From assembly GCA_951406725.2 (NCBI GenBank), contig OX597816.1:63116001-63180000 (forward strand): a DNA stretch of 64,000 nt. The letters run 5' to 3'. Made by a program: the position numbers and the translations under genes. This document shows positions 40,760 through 55,586 of the stretch, in pieces. The notes beneath the pieces are model-generated. The model was not told where the DNA came from. It saw nothing but the letters and a program-made list of their open reading frames with translations, and did not search any database. This DNA comes from Octopus vulgaris. Its lineage: Eukaryota. Every line of letters starts with the position of its first letter. Within the stretch, counting starts at the first letter, position 1.

Positions 40760-41833
40760 AGCAGCAACAGTAATTATGTTTCACCAAATGCGATGAAACC
40801 TGGTATTTTTTGTTTATTGTTTCATCAGAAGAGGAAGAACAGCGCTACTGGTTCTTTTTAAAAATCTTTAAGTTGGTGGCGTTGTGTTGATGGAGCCCCA
40901 GGCTGGTGCCCAGGGAGCAAAATTCTATGGAACATAAAATTTCAAAAGAAAATTAATAAATGAATAAAGTAGTAACATTAAATATAAAAAAAAGTGCACC
41001 CTCCCTGCAATGTTTGACTTTCCTCCTGGAGCTGACAGCTCATGCTATAACACAATGTCTTTAAGATTGTTAAGAGGCTGGAAGGAAGTCATTTTTGGAG
41101 CAGAGACATGCTTACAAAACAGTAGATTCTGTAAAACGCACCCAGGGACTTGTATGGTAATAATGTTAACTCAGATTGTGGATTAAATCCATTTCCGGAT
41201 TTCACCCTGTTTCTATCTACCTGGGGTAGCTATAGTTGGAGTCAACTGGCCGAACACCAAAGGCATAGTTGGGAAGCGATCTTATCGACTACACAGCTAT
41301 GTCGACAACGTAAGAATGCTAAATTAGTACTCGCCCTTAGCCTCTTGAATGGATACCTCCTATCGGTTACAGGATTAAACCTTGCTTCCTCCAGTGCTGT
41401 TGGTATTCATTTTCTTTTCAACTGATTAGATTGGAGAAACGTGAAGTCCACCCTCCTAAAACAAAATACAGTAAATCAAAAATGCAAGGGATAGACAATT
41501 GCGAAAAACTTGGAGGTAAAAAAAATTATCTTAACTCACTGTGTATATCGTAAGTTACTGTATAATGGTAAGTTGAAAATTTTCCAAGGTCATATCTCTA
41601 GTATATATGAAACATTGCTCCAGGAATTCAAGTACTGTTGGAGGACGGCAGAAGTATTATAGCGTGATGCTCTCAAAGTACAGTAAGTCAGAAAGCAAGA
41701 AACAGACAACTGCGAAAAGCGTTAAAAAATTATCCTAATTCTTTTTAATTCACTTTGTATTGCAAGAACTCACTACTTGAATGGAGCATAAACAAAACTT
41801 GACTTAAACAAGATTTAGATAATCCTATCAGTT

Positions 41834-42265
41834 TATCGGTTATCAAGCGATGTTGGTGGTGGGGGGGAGACAAACACACACACACACACACACATATATA
41901 CGACGTGCTTCTTTCAGTTTCCGTCTACCAAATCCACTCACAAGGATTTCGTCGGCTCGAGGCTACAGTAGAAGACACTTACCCAAGGTATCCACAGATA
42001 GTGTGTCGTATAACCAGCTAGATACGATATTTGTTGGAGCTAAAACAACAGTAGCATCGCCCCTTATAGGACAGCCACATTATATTGGTAAATATAATGT
42101 TGGCGTGTTTACGTTCCCGTAACTTAGCGGCTCGGCAAAAGAGACCGATTGAATAAGTACTAGGCTTACAAAGAATAAGTACTCGGATCGATTTGCTCGA
42201 CTAAAGGCTGTGCTGCAGCACGGCCGCAGTCAAAATGACTGAAACAAGTAAAGGAATAAAAGAGT
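41834..42265. mobile_element. Chimeric family-A variant with inverted 5' part
   Basis: 41834-42092 is the reverse complement of about 45590-45890, while 42097-42210 is direct to 45889-46000. Confidence 0.75.
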
Positions 42266-43344
42266 ATACAGCTTGCTTGGTGATTGCTCTACCGGTGACA
42301 CCATGTGAACTCTGCACAAACTATATTAAGTTGGACATGGCCTGAACCAATCTTTGGTCGAAACATATCTAAGCTATCTCAGTTATTATCATAAGTTACT
42401 ATATAAGTTTAACATTTTCCAAGATCCTGTTTCTACTTTGTATGAAGCATGGTCCCAGGAATTCAAATGTCCATTCTCCGACAAAGCATTAAGTCGACTT
42501 ATTGTGTTTTAATGGAGGAGGGCAGAAATGTCATAGCGTGATGCTCTCTGCTCAACAAAACACTGCTCGGTTTGGGAAGGGAAGGATAGCCAGAACTTGT
42601 AATCTTCGTTAGTCCAACATCCCAAACCACTCGGCCACACGGCTTAACGATGGAAAAAAAATCATGTAAACAAACTAAAATTAAGATCTACACCAAAACC
42701 AAAAAATATATATATAAATAAATAAATAAATAAATAATAAATAAAATAAAATAAAAATAAAAATGATAAAGAAATACAAAACACACACACACACACACAT
42801 AAAACACCATTCTCGTGGAATTAATTCTATATCAAATGCAGCTCTGTTAAACATTTTAGAGCAGTTTTGCAAGGAAAATGAATCGTACAAGAAAAATCAT
42901 TCGTATGTAAAAAAAAACAAAAAATAAACAAGATCAGCAAAAAAAAAGAGACAAACATTAGAGAGAAAGAGAAGAGGGGAGACCATTCCACCCTCTTTCC
43001 TCCTCCTCTTTCTCTCTTGTTTCCAGTAAATAGCGGAATTATACGCACGTGCAGTGCACATTATACGAAATCAAACAAATTTTATAAATAAAGCTATTTT
43101 TCTATGTTTATTTTTTTTGTTGTTTTTGTTGTTTTGTATATGTTCTTCTTTCGAAGTTATTGATTTTTTATTGAATATACTTATTCGAAGTATTATTATT
43201 TCATAAATTGGTTTCTTGTCTTTTCTTTCTTGTCTTTCGGTTATTTTCTTTTTGTTTTGTTTTGTTTTTTCTTTGCTTTATCTTTGTTTTTAAGTCTTTT
43301 TGTTCTGTTAGTTCCTCATTTATTCATTTATTTATTTTCATGTT

Positions 43345-43379
43345 TATCATCATCATCATTATCATCATCATCATCATCA

Positions 43380-43437
<58 letters not shown>

Positions 43438-43517
43438 CATCATCATCATTATTGTTATTATTATTATTATTATCATCATCATCATCATTATTGTTATTAT
43501 TATTATTATCATCATCA

Positions 43518-43572
<55 letters not shown>

Positions 43573-43580
43573 CATTATTG

Positions 43581-43635
<55 letters not shown>

Positions 43636-43639
43636 CATT

Positions 43640-43702
<63 letters not shown>

Positions 43703-43722
43703 GTTACTATTATCATTGTTAT
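43345..43722. repeat. Long (ATT/ATC/GTT)n trinucleotide tract
   Basis: About 380 bp; source of the poly-I/L/M ORFs. Confidence 0.95.
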
Positions 43723-43988
43723 TATCTGTAAATCGGAAAGAGCTAAACTGGGAAATAATTTAGTGATTAAATGGGTTACACACACAAACACACACGCACG
43801 CACATACACACACATACACGCGCGCACACCCACACACAGTACAGACACAGTACAGAAGGACATACATAATATACACACGCATACATACGCACGCGTGCGG
43901 CACATATATATGTATGTATATATATATACACATTTGCATACAATTGTATATATACATGCACACGTATATACATTATTTTCCTTATATA

Positions 43989-44031
<43 letters not shown>

Positions 44032-44986
44032 CATGTGTGTGTGTGTTTAAATTCATATGTGTATATATCTGTATGTCTATACGTATGTACTTGTGTGTGC
44101 GCGTATATATATATATATACATATATATATACATGTAGTTGTGTGCGTGTAAGTATGTGTGTGTGAATATATATATATATATATACATATACATGTGTGT
44201 GTGTGTTTAAATTCATATGTGTATATGTGTGTATGTCTAAACGTATGTACATGTGTGTGCGCGTATATATGCATATCTAATATGCATTTCTGTGTATTTA
44301 TTATTTTTTTTGCACTGAGTGTGTTTTGAGTGTGTTTGTGTGCAATTCCACTCACCTCTACACCCACCCTACACACAAAAAAAGTAATAATATAAAAGAA
44401 TAAAAGCAAAACAAATAATAACCAAATATATCTTATAGCTAACGACAATAATGTAATTTCGCTGTGTATAATTATTTTCAATTTTCATTTTGTCTCGAAT
44501 TCTTTTATACAAATATTTCATTTCTCTAATAATGATCTCTTCTTGTTTTGGTTCTATAACATTTTGTCAAAATGTCTGTGTGCATGTGTGTATTTGCGTG
44601 TGTGTGTGGAAAGTGGGGGTGGAGGTTGCGCTAGATTAATTGGTATAAAGTAAACTTGGAATAATTTCATGCCGTTTAAAAGCGGTAAAATAAATTTCTT
44701 TTGTCCAGTATTTCCGCAAATTATTTCTAAATATTTAATTGCAGTCTTTCGAGATATGTTATCCAGTTAACATGATCGCATTCATTCATTCATACATACA
44801 TACATACATACATACATACATACATACATACATACATACATACATACATACATACATACATACATGTGTGTATATGTGTGTGCGTTGCTATATGTATGTA
44901 TGTACGCATGTAGTATAAAAATTCTTGAAGGCGGTGCCCCAGCATGGCCACAATATAATGACTGAAAGCAGTAAAAATGAAAGATA

Positions 44987-45021
<35 letters not shown>

Positions 45022-45046
45022 ATATATATATATATCTATCTATCTA

Positions 45047-45086
<40 letters not shown>

Positions 45087-45324
45087 GACCCCATCACACT
45101 CACACACACACGAACAGATATATATATATATATATATATACATACATACACATATATAGGGGAGAATTCACAAAAAAAATAACAACAAAAGACAAAGACA
45201 GGTGGTGTAGACAACAGACAGATGTATTAGTATAATGCTCGGGAAGCGAAAAAGTCTTTAACATTTCGAGTCTACGCTCTTCCACAGACAGAAATTAGGA
45301 GAGAAAATAAAGAATGTGCAGTGG

Positions 45325-45365
<41 letters not shown>

Positions 45366-45589
45366 CCGATAAAATTTCCAAATTTTACCGGTGATTGTGT
45401 TAAATAATAAGGCACTAAAAGAGAATGACTCTCCCCAGACACTACAGAATATACTTCAACACACGAACTCATATAAAGAATCTTGCAAACCAAATCCAAA
45501 AACGAAATATATATATATATATATAATTATTAGTATTTCTAAATCTCTCAAAGCGAGACATTCAGTAACAGTTCTTTATAGTAAAATTT

Positions 45590-45781
45590 ATTTGCCAATA
45601 TAATGTGGCTGTCCTATAAGGGGCGATGTTACTGTTGTTTTAGCACCAAGAAATATCGTTTCTAGCTGGTTATACGACACACTATCTGTGGACACCTTGG
45701 GTAAGTGTCTTCTACTATAGCCTCGAGCCGACGAAATCCTTGTGAGTGGATTTGGTAGACGGAAACTGAAAGAAGCACGTC

Positions 45782-45827
<46 letters not shown>

Positions 45828-46000
45828 GTGTGTGTGTGTTTGTGTGTCTGTGTTTGTCTTCCCCCCCCCCAACACCACTTGATAACCGATGTTGGTGTGT
45901 TTACGTTCCCGTAACGTAGCGGCTCGGCAAAAGAGACCGATTGAATAAGTACTAGGCTTCCAAAGAATAAGTACTCGGATCGATTTGGTCGACTAAAGGC
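45590..46000 (+). mobile_element. Family-A variant with non-tRNA 5' head
   Basis: Family A body from CACCTTGGGTAAGTGTCTTC onward, preceded by TGTGGCTGTCCTATAAGGGGCGATG...TATCTGTGGA instead of the A/B-box head. Confidence 0.75.
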
Positions 46001-46250
46001 GGTTGTCAAGCGATGTTGGGGGGACAAACACAAACACAAACACAAATACATATACACACACACATACATATATATATACATACAGACATACATATATACG
46101 ACAGGCTTCTTTCAGTTTCCGTCTACCAAATCCACTCACAAGGCTTTGGTCGGCCCGAGGCTGTAGTAGAAGACACTTGCCCAAGGTGCCACGCAGTGGG
46201 ACTGAACCCGGAACCATGTGGTTCGTAAGCAAGCTACTTACCACACAGCC
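46001..46250 (-). mobile_element. SINE family A 5' half, fused tail-to-tail with the preceding copy
   Basis: Head and B box on the minus strand; junction at GGCGGTTGTCAAG. Confidence 0.85.
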
Positions 46251-47127
46251 AATAATAATAATAATAATGATGATGCTGCTGCTGATGATGATGATCTTTA
46301 TTTGCACGGTTTGCCTCTGGTGATGAATTTGCCGTTAAATGAGAGAGAATTTCTTCTCGGTCAAACACAGTTGAAGAAACTACATATTTGGTTTTTTAAT
46401 TTAAAATTAAAAAAAAACAACTTTTTTTCTAATATAAAATCTTAATTGGGCATAAGGTTCCAAAACTTTCCTGGAGGGGAACACCTTCTTCACTACACTC
46501 TTCTCCATCTTCAAGTAGATCTTGAAGAGGTTGGTTAGTACTAGACCGAAGTGGAAAAGTGTTTGTTCTTATGTTGATGACGGTAGCGTTTATAATGACA
46601 GTTGCTGTTGATGATGATGATGATGATGATGATAATTGACGATTAGGGTGAGTGTTAGCATAATGATGTTGACGACGACGACGACGACAATGCTGCTGCT
46701 GATGATGATGATGAAGACGAAAGTTACAAAAACGATAATCATGATGGTGGTGATCATCGTAATGATGATTTTCATCATGTTTTATGCTAGGTCAGCTGCT
46801 GCTGCTGATGATGATGATTATGATGAAGAGAGTCATCATCCTCTTCTTTCTCTTTCTGATCATTATGATCTGTTTTTAGCGCCAGATCAGCTTTGATCAA
46901 GCAGATTTTCGATCAAATTTGGTCTGACGGTAACTGTCGCCATCTTGGCTTCTTTTCTTTTTGAAACGCATCTGAGACATATCTATTGCGTTGTCAAATG
47001 TGACCTTCGCTTTTTAAGGCAAATTAGGATGCGATTTGGCTGCTATATTTAGATTTTGGCTGCTATATTTAGCAGATAAATGAAACTGCGTTGAGAAACC
47101 ATTGTGAAGCTCGTTGATAATAATAAC

Positions 47128-47181
<54 letters not shown>

Positions 47182-47193
47182 TATGATAATAAT

Positions 47194-47600
47194 AATAGTC
47201 AGAGATCATGAAGGAAAAAAATGCTTTCTAATTGATGTATCAATACCGGCAGATGACAACGTGTCTCTAAAAGAAATGGAGAAACTCTCAAAATACAAAG
47301 ACCTGGAAATAGAGGTAACCAGAATGTGGAATCTGAAAACAGAAACAATCCCTATCATAGTAGGTGCATTAGGCATGATAAAAAAACATTCAGACAAATA
47401 CATAACAAAAACACCAGGACTTACAACAAACACATATAACATACAGAAAATTGCACTACTAGACACTGCACACATCCTACGCAGAACACTTTCAATACAA
47501 TAACCATCAGAGCATCACAACAAATCACAACACATACCCAAGGTACACAGAGCTGCGCTTGGTAGTGAAGTGAAAGCACGCTATAAAAATAAAACTACTG
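47194..47600 (+). mobile_element. 5'-truncated RLE-encoding non-LTR retrotransposon (R4/Dong-like) in (TAA)n
   Basis: IVRDHEGKKCFLIDVSIPADDNVSLKEMEKLSKYKDLEIEVTRMWNLKTETIPIIVGALG...TAHILRRTLSIQ* carries the D-x3-P and KxxKY motifs of the restriction-like endonuclease; stop at 47503, ~100-bp 3' UTR, (AAT)n on both sides. Confidence 0.88.
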
Positions 47601-47855
47601 AATAATAATAATAATAATGATAATAATGATAATGAGGAGAATGAAGACAACGATGACAACGATGATGACGACGACGAGGGCAGCGACGCCGAAAACGTTG
47701 ATGACGACGACGATAATAGTAATGGCGATGAAGCTAACTTGCTTACTCATACATGCAAATTTATATACATACACACGCACACACACATACACACAAACAC
47801 ACATACATACATACATACATACATACATACATACATACATACGTACATACATACA

Positions 47856-47901
<46 letters not shown>

Positions 47902-48188
47902 ATTCACACATACACACAGACACATAAATAGAAACCAGGAGACAGACAGACATGCATACAAAGTAGACAAACAGACAGACAGGCAAGTGAAGAAAACATT
48001 TCAATAAGCCTGGGGTTATTGATTTTTCTTCTGGGCATTGCTGCAAATCGGAAGTCATTCAACTATAAAAGAATTTCTAGGAGTAGAGGTCACATTGATC
48101 TCCTGCTACGTCACTAACTCTTTACGGCTTCCAACTGATCCACAATCTCCTGGCACACATGTAGTTTTACATACATGCGCAGAATGTA

Positions 48189-48236
<48 letters not shown>

Positions 48237-48238
<2 letters not shown>

Positions 48239-48406
48239 CGCAGGAGTGGGTGTGTGGTAAGTAGCTTGCTAACCAACCACATGGTTCCGGGTTCAGTCCC
48301 ACTGCGTGGCATCTTGGGCAAGTGTCTTCTACAATAGCCTCGGGCTGACCAGAAATCTTATGAGTGGATTTGGTAAACAGAAACTGAAAGAAGCCTGTCG
48401 TATATG

Positions 48407-48439
<33 letters not shown>

Positions 48440-48647
48440 TTGTGTGTCTGTGTTTGTCCCCTCCAACATCGCTTGACAACCGATGCTGGTGTGTTTACGT
48501 GCCCGTCACTTAGCGGTTCGGCAAAAGAGACCGATAGAATAAGTACTGGGTTTACAAAGAATAAGTCCCGGGTCGATTTGCTCGACTAAAGGCGGTGCTC
48601 CAGCATGGCCGCATTCAAATGACTGAAACAAGTAAAAGAGTAAAGAG
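48237..48647 (+). mobile_element. SINE family A, full length
   Basis: A/B boxes, body and tail; flanked by (TA)n. Confidence 0.9.
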
Positions 48648-48649
48648 TT

Positions 48650-48682
<33 letters not shown>

Positions 48683-48810
48683 TTATACCCAGCTGTAATA
48701 AAAATATTGCATTAAACTAAAGGATTACTCCATATTTTTGTAGAGTTCGTATATTTATTTTTCTTTTACAAGAAGAGTGGTGATAGTGACTTCGATGTTT
48801 CGTCCTGCTA

Positions 48811-49168
48811 GTTCAAATTCTGAGTTCAAATTCCGCCGAGGTCGACTGTGCCTTTCATCCTTTCGGGGTCGATAAATTAAGTACCAGTTACGTACTGGGG
48901 TCGATGTAATCGACTTAATCCGTTTGTCTGTCCTTGTTTGTCCCCTCTGTGTTTAGCCCCTTGTGGGTAGTAAAGAAATAGGTATTTCGTCTGCCGTTAC
49001 GTTCTGAGTTCAAATTCCGCCGAGGTCGACTTTGCTTTTCATCCTTTCGGGGTCGATAAATTAAGTACCAGTTACGCACTGGGGTCGATGTAATTGACTT
49101 AATTCCTTTGTCTGGCCTTGTTTGTCCCCTCTATGTTTAGCCCCTTGTGGGTAGTAAAGAAATAAATA
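48811..49168 (+). mobile_element. SINE family B dimer, 5'-truncated, 17-bp TSD
   Basis: TSD GATGTTTCGTCCTGCTA at 48794-48810 and 49169-49185. Confidence 0.9.
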
Positions 49169-49227
49169 GATGTTTCGTCCTGCTAACCTACTTCAGATTC
49201 TCGTATGTTTGTGCTTGTATTTGTGTG

Positions 49228-49280
<53 letters not shown>

Positions 49281-49698
49281 CAGAGATAGAGATAGAGAGA
49301 GAGAAACGGACAGACAGAGACAGACAGGCAGATACAGTGTGTGTGTATCATCTTTGCTTTCGACGATAAGGATACACTTGTCCGGTTAGCTGAACTCCCT
49401 TCTCTTAGAAGTAACATGTCACTGAATACGCCAGAGAATCGTATCGTTTCCATAATTCTCTTGAGGAATTCGCGGGACTCAATGTGTGACAAGACTAAAC
49501 TTCTTTTGAATTAAAAGTTAGAATCCATCCGGCGGGCTTCTACACACTTTCTCTCTACCCGGTTACAGTTACAAGGATTGAGTGAACCAGCAGCTTTGTT
49601 AAAATAAAATCTTTCTCAAAATGTCATCTAGTGAGATGGAACTCGGGATCTTTATACTACATCCACGCACGCGTATATTGTGTGCTTGTTTGTTTGTT

Positions 49699-49768
<70 letters not shown>

Positions 49769-50984
49769 CGTGTGTGTGTGTGCGTGCGTGCGTGTGTGTG
49801 ATTGTTGCTGTTTTTATATAAACTCCAAAAGGCGGTGAGCTGGCAGAATCGTTAGCACGTCGGGATAATTGCTTGGCGGCATTTCGTCTGTCTTTACGTT
49901 CTGAGTTCAATGCCCACTGTGGTTGATTTTGCCTTTCGGGACAGATAAAATAAGTACTAGTCGAGGACTGAGGTCGACGTAATCCCCTTGGAACTGACAA
50001 AATATTGTAATAGGCAAGTTCTTGTGTCGATTTAATTGAGACCTCTCCGAAGACCTCTGGCTCTGTGAGTTTTTGAGACAATTATTGTTGTTTTTTACCT
50101 CCAGATCAGCTTTATCCGAGCCTTAATCAGTTACCTACTTACATCTTCCAGTTTTAAGACAGAAAATGGCAGGTGGTAGTGTATTAGCTACCACCAGTAA
50201 TATCTTCCTATCATGACCGTGCATCATCCATGTTCGTGCTCAGACAGCATGGACAGTTAAACCTACAACGAGCACAGACAAATAGTCAGGTTGGTTAAGT
50301 TTTCATTCAGTAGTGAATCAACAATAGATGAATGAATAGGAATATTATGATATATGGGTGACTTAGTCGTTATTTTTTGCAGGTCTAACAACCATATAGA
50401 CCAGGCATGAAGAACTTTTTGCGAAAAGTAGGCTGTATGAGATGTGACTCATCATCAGGCGGGTCACACAACTAACAAAATTTTAGGTAATTTTTCATTA
50501 GGTATGCCAATCAGAAAGTTCTTCGGGCCGCAGTCTGTTCATGACTAGTATAGAGTTACGGACAGAGGAAGCTTCTGGTCTCAGTGCATGGTTTTGTGTG
50601 TGACATGTTTGTGTGCGCACGCGGTATACATTTGTGCGTGTGCATACACACGTGAAGAACACCCACGTTTCATGTTGGTATGTTTGATTGAAAAGCAAAG
50701 ATTAATATTAACAGTAGTAATATGTAGTTTCACTGTGTGTGTGTGTAAGTACACATGTATATGTGTTCGTGTGTTTGTGTATGTGTGTGTGTCTGTTTGC
50801 GCACGTAAATGAGAGTGGCCTTTACGTGTGATGAGGTTATTGATTTTCTTTCTAAAAATCTTCAAAATTTAATAAAGCCAGATGAGAGCAGGCGGATGGA
50901 TACATAGCTTTGGGCACTATTTGTAAATACGACAATAGTTTTCTCTAAGTCAGTAATGACCGTGCATAACAATTAATTGCTGCG

Positions 50985-51361
50985 GGGAGAAAGACTGGGA
51001 CAGAGAAAGAGTAAGAGTAAGAGAGGGGTGAAGGAAAGAGAGACAGGAGGTTTGGACCGAGAAAGAGAAAGAAGGGGAAGAAAGAGAGTCGTTTTTAGAA
51101 AGTTAAAAAGAAAAGGAGAAGAATGTAAGAGGGGTGGAAAATAATTGAGAATAAGAGAGAAGATAGGCAAGAAGAGAAAGAGAGAGTACAGGAGTGAGAG
51201 GCTGGACGAAGGAAGATATAAAGAAAGAGAGCAGATATAAAGACAGGAACAGAGGACTTTCTAGAGAGTTAAAAACAAAACAAAACAAGAGGAGGTAAGA
51301 GCGATGGAAAATGATTGAGAGAGAATGAGATGGTAGGGAAGGAGGAAACATAATGGAAACG

Positions 51362-51418
<57 letters not shown>

Positions 51419-51770
51419 TGTGTGCGTGTGTATTTATATGTGTGTGTGTAGAGCGAGTGAGAGAGAGGTGGCGAGCGACAACGAAAAAATATACCTAGAA
51501 GGTAAAAAAAAAAAACACGCCAGTGGGAGAGGGAAAGTAACGGGAAAGGAATAACAGTGAGATAGCTAGAAGGGAAAAGAGAAAGAAGGGAAAAGTGAGC
51601 GGGTGTGGAAGACAAAGGGAGAAAGAGAAAAGGTGAGGGTTAAAAACATGTAGTAAGAGAAGGAGAGAGGAATATAGAAAGAAGATGTGAGGTCGGAGGC
51701 AGAAATAGCAACGGAGAGAAATGGAGAGAATGAGAGAAAGGTGGGAGCAGATAGACACTGAGGAGTAAAA
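50985..51770. repeat. Purine-rich (GA) low-complexity tract
   Basis: Strong A/G strand bias without a fixed unit, interrupted by (TG)n. Confidence 0.75.
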
Positions 51771-53562
51771 CCATAAACCTGTTGGTTTTCTATTTGCTAT
51801 AGGGTTGAGTTTTATTAAGAACAACGTAATATTAATTAATTTAGACGTTAGTTCAAAATGGAGATCAAGACTTGGGTAGCTTTTTTTCCTTTTTTTTCTC
51901 TGGTAGAGAACGTAAAGGGACATAATCGAATATTGCACGACATAGAAGGTCCAGCTTGGTTTGCTTGCTTAGAGGTAAGCAACCGGCAGATTGCTGGTTC
52001 ACTACGTCCGCGAAACTCGGTAGGAATAAATGTTGCAAATATTTTTGTTCAATGTGTATGTGTGTGTTTGTATTTAACCTTTTAGTTGTTTCTGTCATTA
52101 GGCTGCGGCCATGCTGGGGCACCGTCATGAAGGGTTTTAGTTGAACAAATCGACACCAGCACTGACATTCTTTCAAAGTCTGGTACTCATTCTATCTGTC
52201 TCTTTCGACTACTTATACCGAAAGATTGCCCCCCCCCCCCCAGTATCTCCTAAGTCTTTTAAAACAGTAAGGTTTTATACGAGGGGCATTTAGTTGTTAT
52301 TTCTAACATGTTGGCCGTCTGCGTAGAACAGGCATTGGGAACAACCATTTCAGGACCGGAAACGAACAGCAAATACAAATACAAACGATAAAAAAATTTT
52401 CATGGAATCTGGACTGAGAAAATAACGAATCGTTTAAAATTTTATAGTTATGCACGCCATTATATTAAGCACTTTTAATTAAAATGTTATTTGTATTCCT
52501 GGGGTGTAGTTGTCAGGCAAGTGATTTGATCTGAGATCGTACGGTGAAACTAAAACGATTGCAACGTGAAAGACACATATCAGCCATTCAAAATAACACA
52601 CAAAGGCTATTAACACCAGTAATAAATGTTTAAGTGAAGTTAATAGCCCTTGTGTGTTTCTGAATGGTTTATATACATTAATTAACGAGCAAAATTTTTC
52701 CTGATCTGCTGGGAGAAGTCTTCCTTCTTGGTATGTAGACTCCCTCGTGTGTTCACCGAAGGAACTCTATGACATAGTACGATACGTTTAAATAAATTTG
52801 AAACATTATCTTTTAAATTTAAAAACTAAATATGATTAATTAAAAGTTATTTTCTCTCGACATTTTCTAACAATGATTGTAAAAGAATTAATAACGATCT
52901 AAATTGTCTCATTATGAGAAAGAAGTTACAGGAAACATATTTTGTCACTCGGTAAATAGTTTATCTAAAGATTTAGTGTACCATGGAGTTACCGTCTCTG
53001 TGCATGTGTACGTGCGTGCATGCGTATGTGAGTGTGTATGTGTTTGTTGTTGCTGTTAAAATAATTTTGCGTAGTCTTATATGATAAGACACTTTGATGA
53101 TAAATTTGTTAATAGCTACAGCCTATCCCAAGTGTTTACTAACGGCTGACATACATGACACACACACACACACACATATATATATTCCACACACGCCAGC
53201 TTAATTTAATTCGTCCTTAGTCGAAAGACACCTGTTGTTATGTCCTTTTATTATTTTTATTGTATTTTTATAGTATTTGTGTAACATTGTCAGTTTTTTT
53301 TCGTCCTTGTTTTTGTATACATTCGCTGCTTTCTTCCAAGGAATCTAATGCTCTTAGCTTAGTTTTTCCTTCGGGCTGGCCAGATTGGAGCAATCTCGAA
53401 TATAACCAGCCGGAATTGCAAAGATAATCTGGAACTCGACTGAAGAAAGAAAACTCCAAAATGATCCATCCTTGTTTTCATTGTATCGTCTATCTGGATG
53501 TTTTTTTAGTCCCTTTTTTGTATCACCTAACTGTGTGGATGTTTTGCGTTCTTGTCCCATTT

Positions 53563-53614
<52 letters not shown>

Positions 53615-53915
53615 GTACTAAAGAGCTATAGGCCTCAGATTTATAATTAAGATTTTAAATATACATTACATGATACTTGTATCTTGTATGGACATTAATC
53701 TAGTTATATATATAATTCAACATGTGCAACCGTCAATTCAAATACAATTTTTTTATCACTTCCCATTTCCCCCTTCTCTCTCCGGCTGTTTTCGACCCTC
53801 ATCTTTTCTGTAGAAGGACGCAGGCTCGAAACGTCAAACTAAAACACCTTATGGTTGTTCTTCGCCTTTCTCTGTCTTTCGCTTTTTGATTCATTTTGAA
53901 CCACACAACACAACA

Positions 53916-53956
<41 letters not shown>

Positions 53957-54392
53957 CTACAATCGTTTCTATTATAGGCACTAGGCCTAAGATTTGTAGG
54001 ATGGGGTATGATGAGGTTAGTCGATTACATCGAGCCCAGTGGTCTGCTGGTACATACTTTATCGACTCCGAAAGGCATTTTGTTCGGCGTGTTAACAATT
54101 TTGAAGCTCGACGCCTTATACATGCACATATATAATATAGATGTGTGTGTATGCGCGCGCGCGCGGGCATATATATCTTCCGGTCATTTCAGCCATGTAA
54201 TGACAAACGTGCTGTTGGTGGTATGTTCCTTCTTTGGGCTCTTCCGTTTTCCTTTCTGACGAAGAACTATTCGTGAAACGTCAAAAACACTCTCCTTTTC
54301 TCACCTTTACCAGGCGTCAAACTTATACATTCTATGTCCACGTCCTCTCGTTGTTTTGTTATTGTTATTAATGTTTCATTATTTGATTCGAC

Positions 54393-54441
<49 letters not shown>

Positions 54442-54498
54442 ATACATATGTACATACATGCAAACGTTTTATATATACATATGTATGTATATTTACAT

Positions 54499-54571
<73 letters not shown>

Positions 54572-54577
54572 TATATA

Positions 54578-54962
54578 GAGGAGTGGCTGTGTGGTAAGTA
54601 GCTTACTTACGAACCACATTGTTCTGGGTTCAGTCCCACTGCGTGTCACGTTGGGCAAGTGTCTTCTACTACAGCCTCGGGCCGACCAAAGCCTTGTGAG
54701 TGGATTTGGTAGTCGGAAACTGAAAGAAGCCCGTCGTATAGTGTATATTTAATGTGTGTTTGTGTATATGTTTGTCCCTCCCCCCAACATCGCTTAACAA
54801 CCGATGCTGGCGTGTTTACGTCCCCGGAACTTGGCGGTTCGGCAAAAGAGACCGATAGAATAAGTACTAAGCTTACAAAGGATAAGTCCTGGGGTTGATT
54901 TGCTCGACTAAAGGCGATGCTCCAGCATGGTGACAGTCAAATGACTGAAACAAGTAAAAGAG
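54578..54962 (+). mobile_element. SINE family A, full length
   Basis: A/B boxes, body and tail. Confidence 0.9.
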
Positions 54963-55197
54963 TGTGTGTGTGTGCTTGCACTGTTCTGCTATTCATTATC
55001 ATGAAGAATGCACATGTGTGTACTCGAGATGACATGTTCTATACCTTATTTATTAGTTCACCTACCACCAGGGACTCGCACGTGTTTTTTCCAGTTAAAC
55101 ACCTTGCTAAGGAAAACCGTAATTAATTTAATTCTCCGATAAAACATATTGAGACTCGCTCTAAATTAGCTGTTATAGTAGTAAATTTGACAAAATA

Positions 55198-55237
<40 letters not shown>

Positions 55238-55586
55238 CAATAACGGTAAAAAGGAAAAAAGTAAAAGAAAAAAAAAAAGGAAACGATGATAAGAATATCC
55301 GACTCTTCTGTGTTCAGACTGTTTTATACGAAGATAAGTGTTGACACAGAAAATATGATGAGAAAACGGTGTAACTATCTTGATGTGAAATTTAATATCA
55401 GTTAAATGTGTGTTGTAAGTGCTTCGGTGTGACTTCAGTGCTTTTGACATCGTGATCTTAAAACTCGTGATAATCTCGAACCTCTTTACGAAGACTTTCG
55501 ACCTGCTAGAAAATGCAGTTAACTATGCTTTTTGGATCTCAGTGTTGGTGGAAATTTAGAGCGAAGCAACAGCAACAACAACATCA

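Noticed and set aside
50230-50430. Mini exon-intron-exon pattern (MFVLRQHGQLNLQRAQTNSQ|GTTGGT ... TTTTTTGCAG|)
   Set aside because: All three frames stop shortly after the acceptor; could only be UTR or chance.
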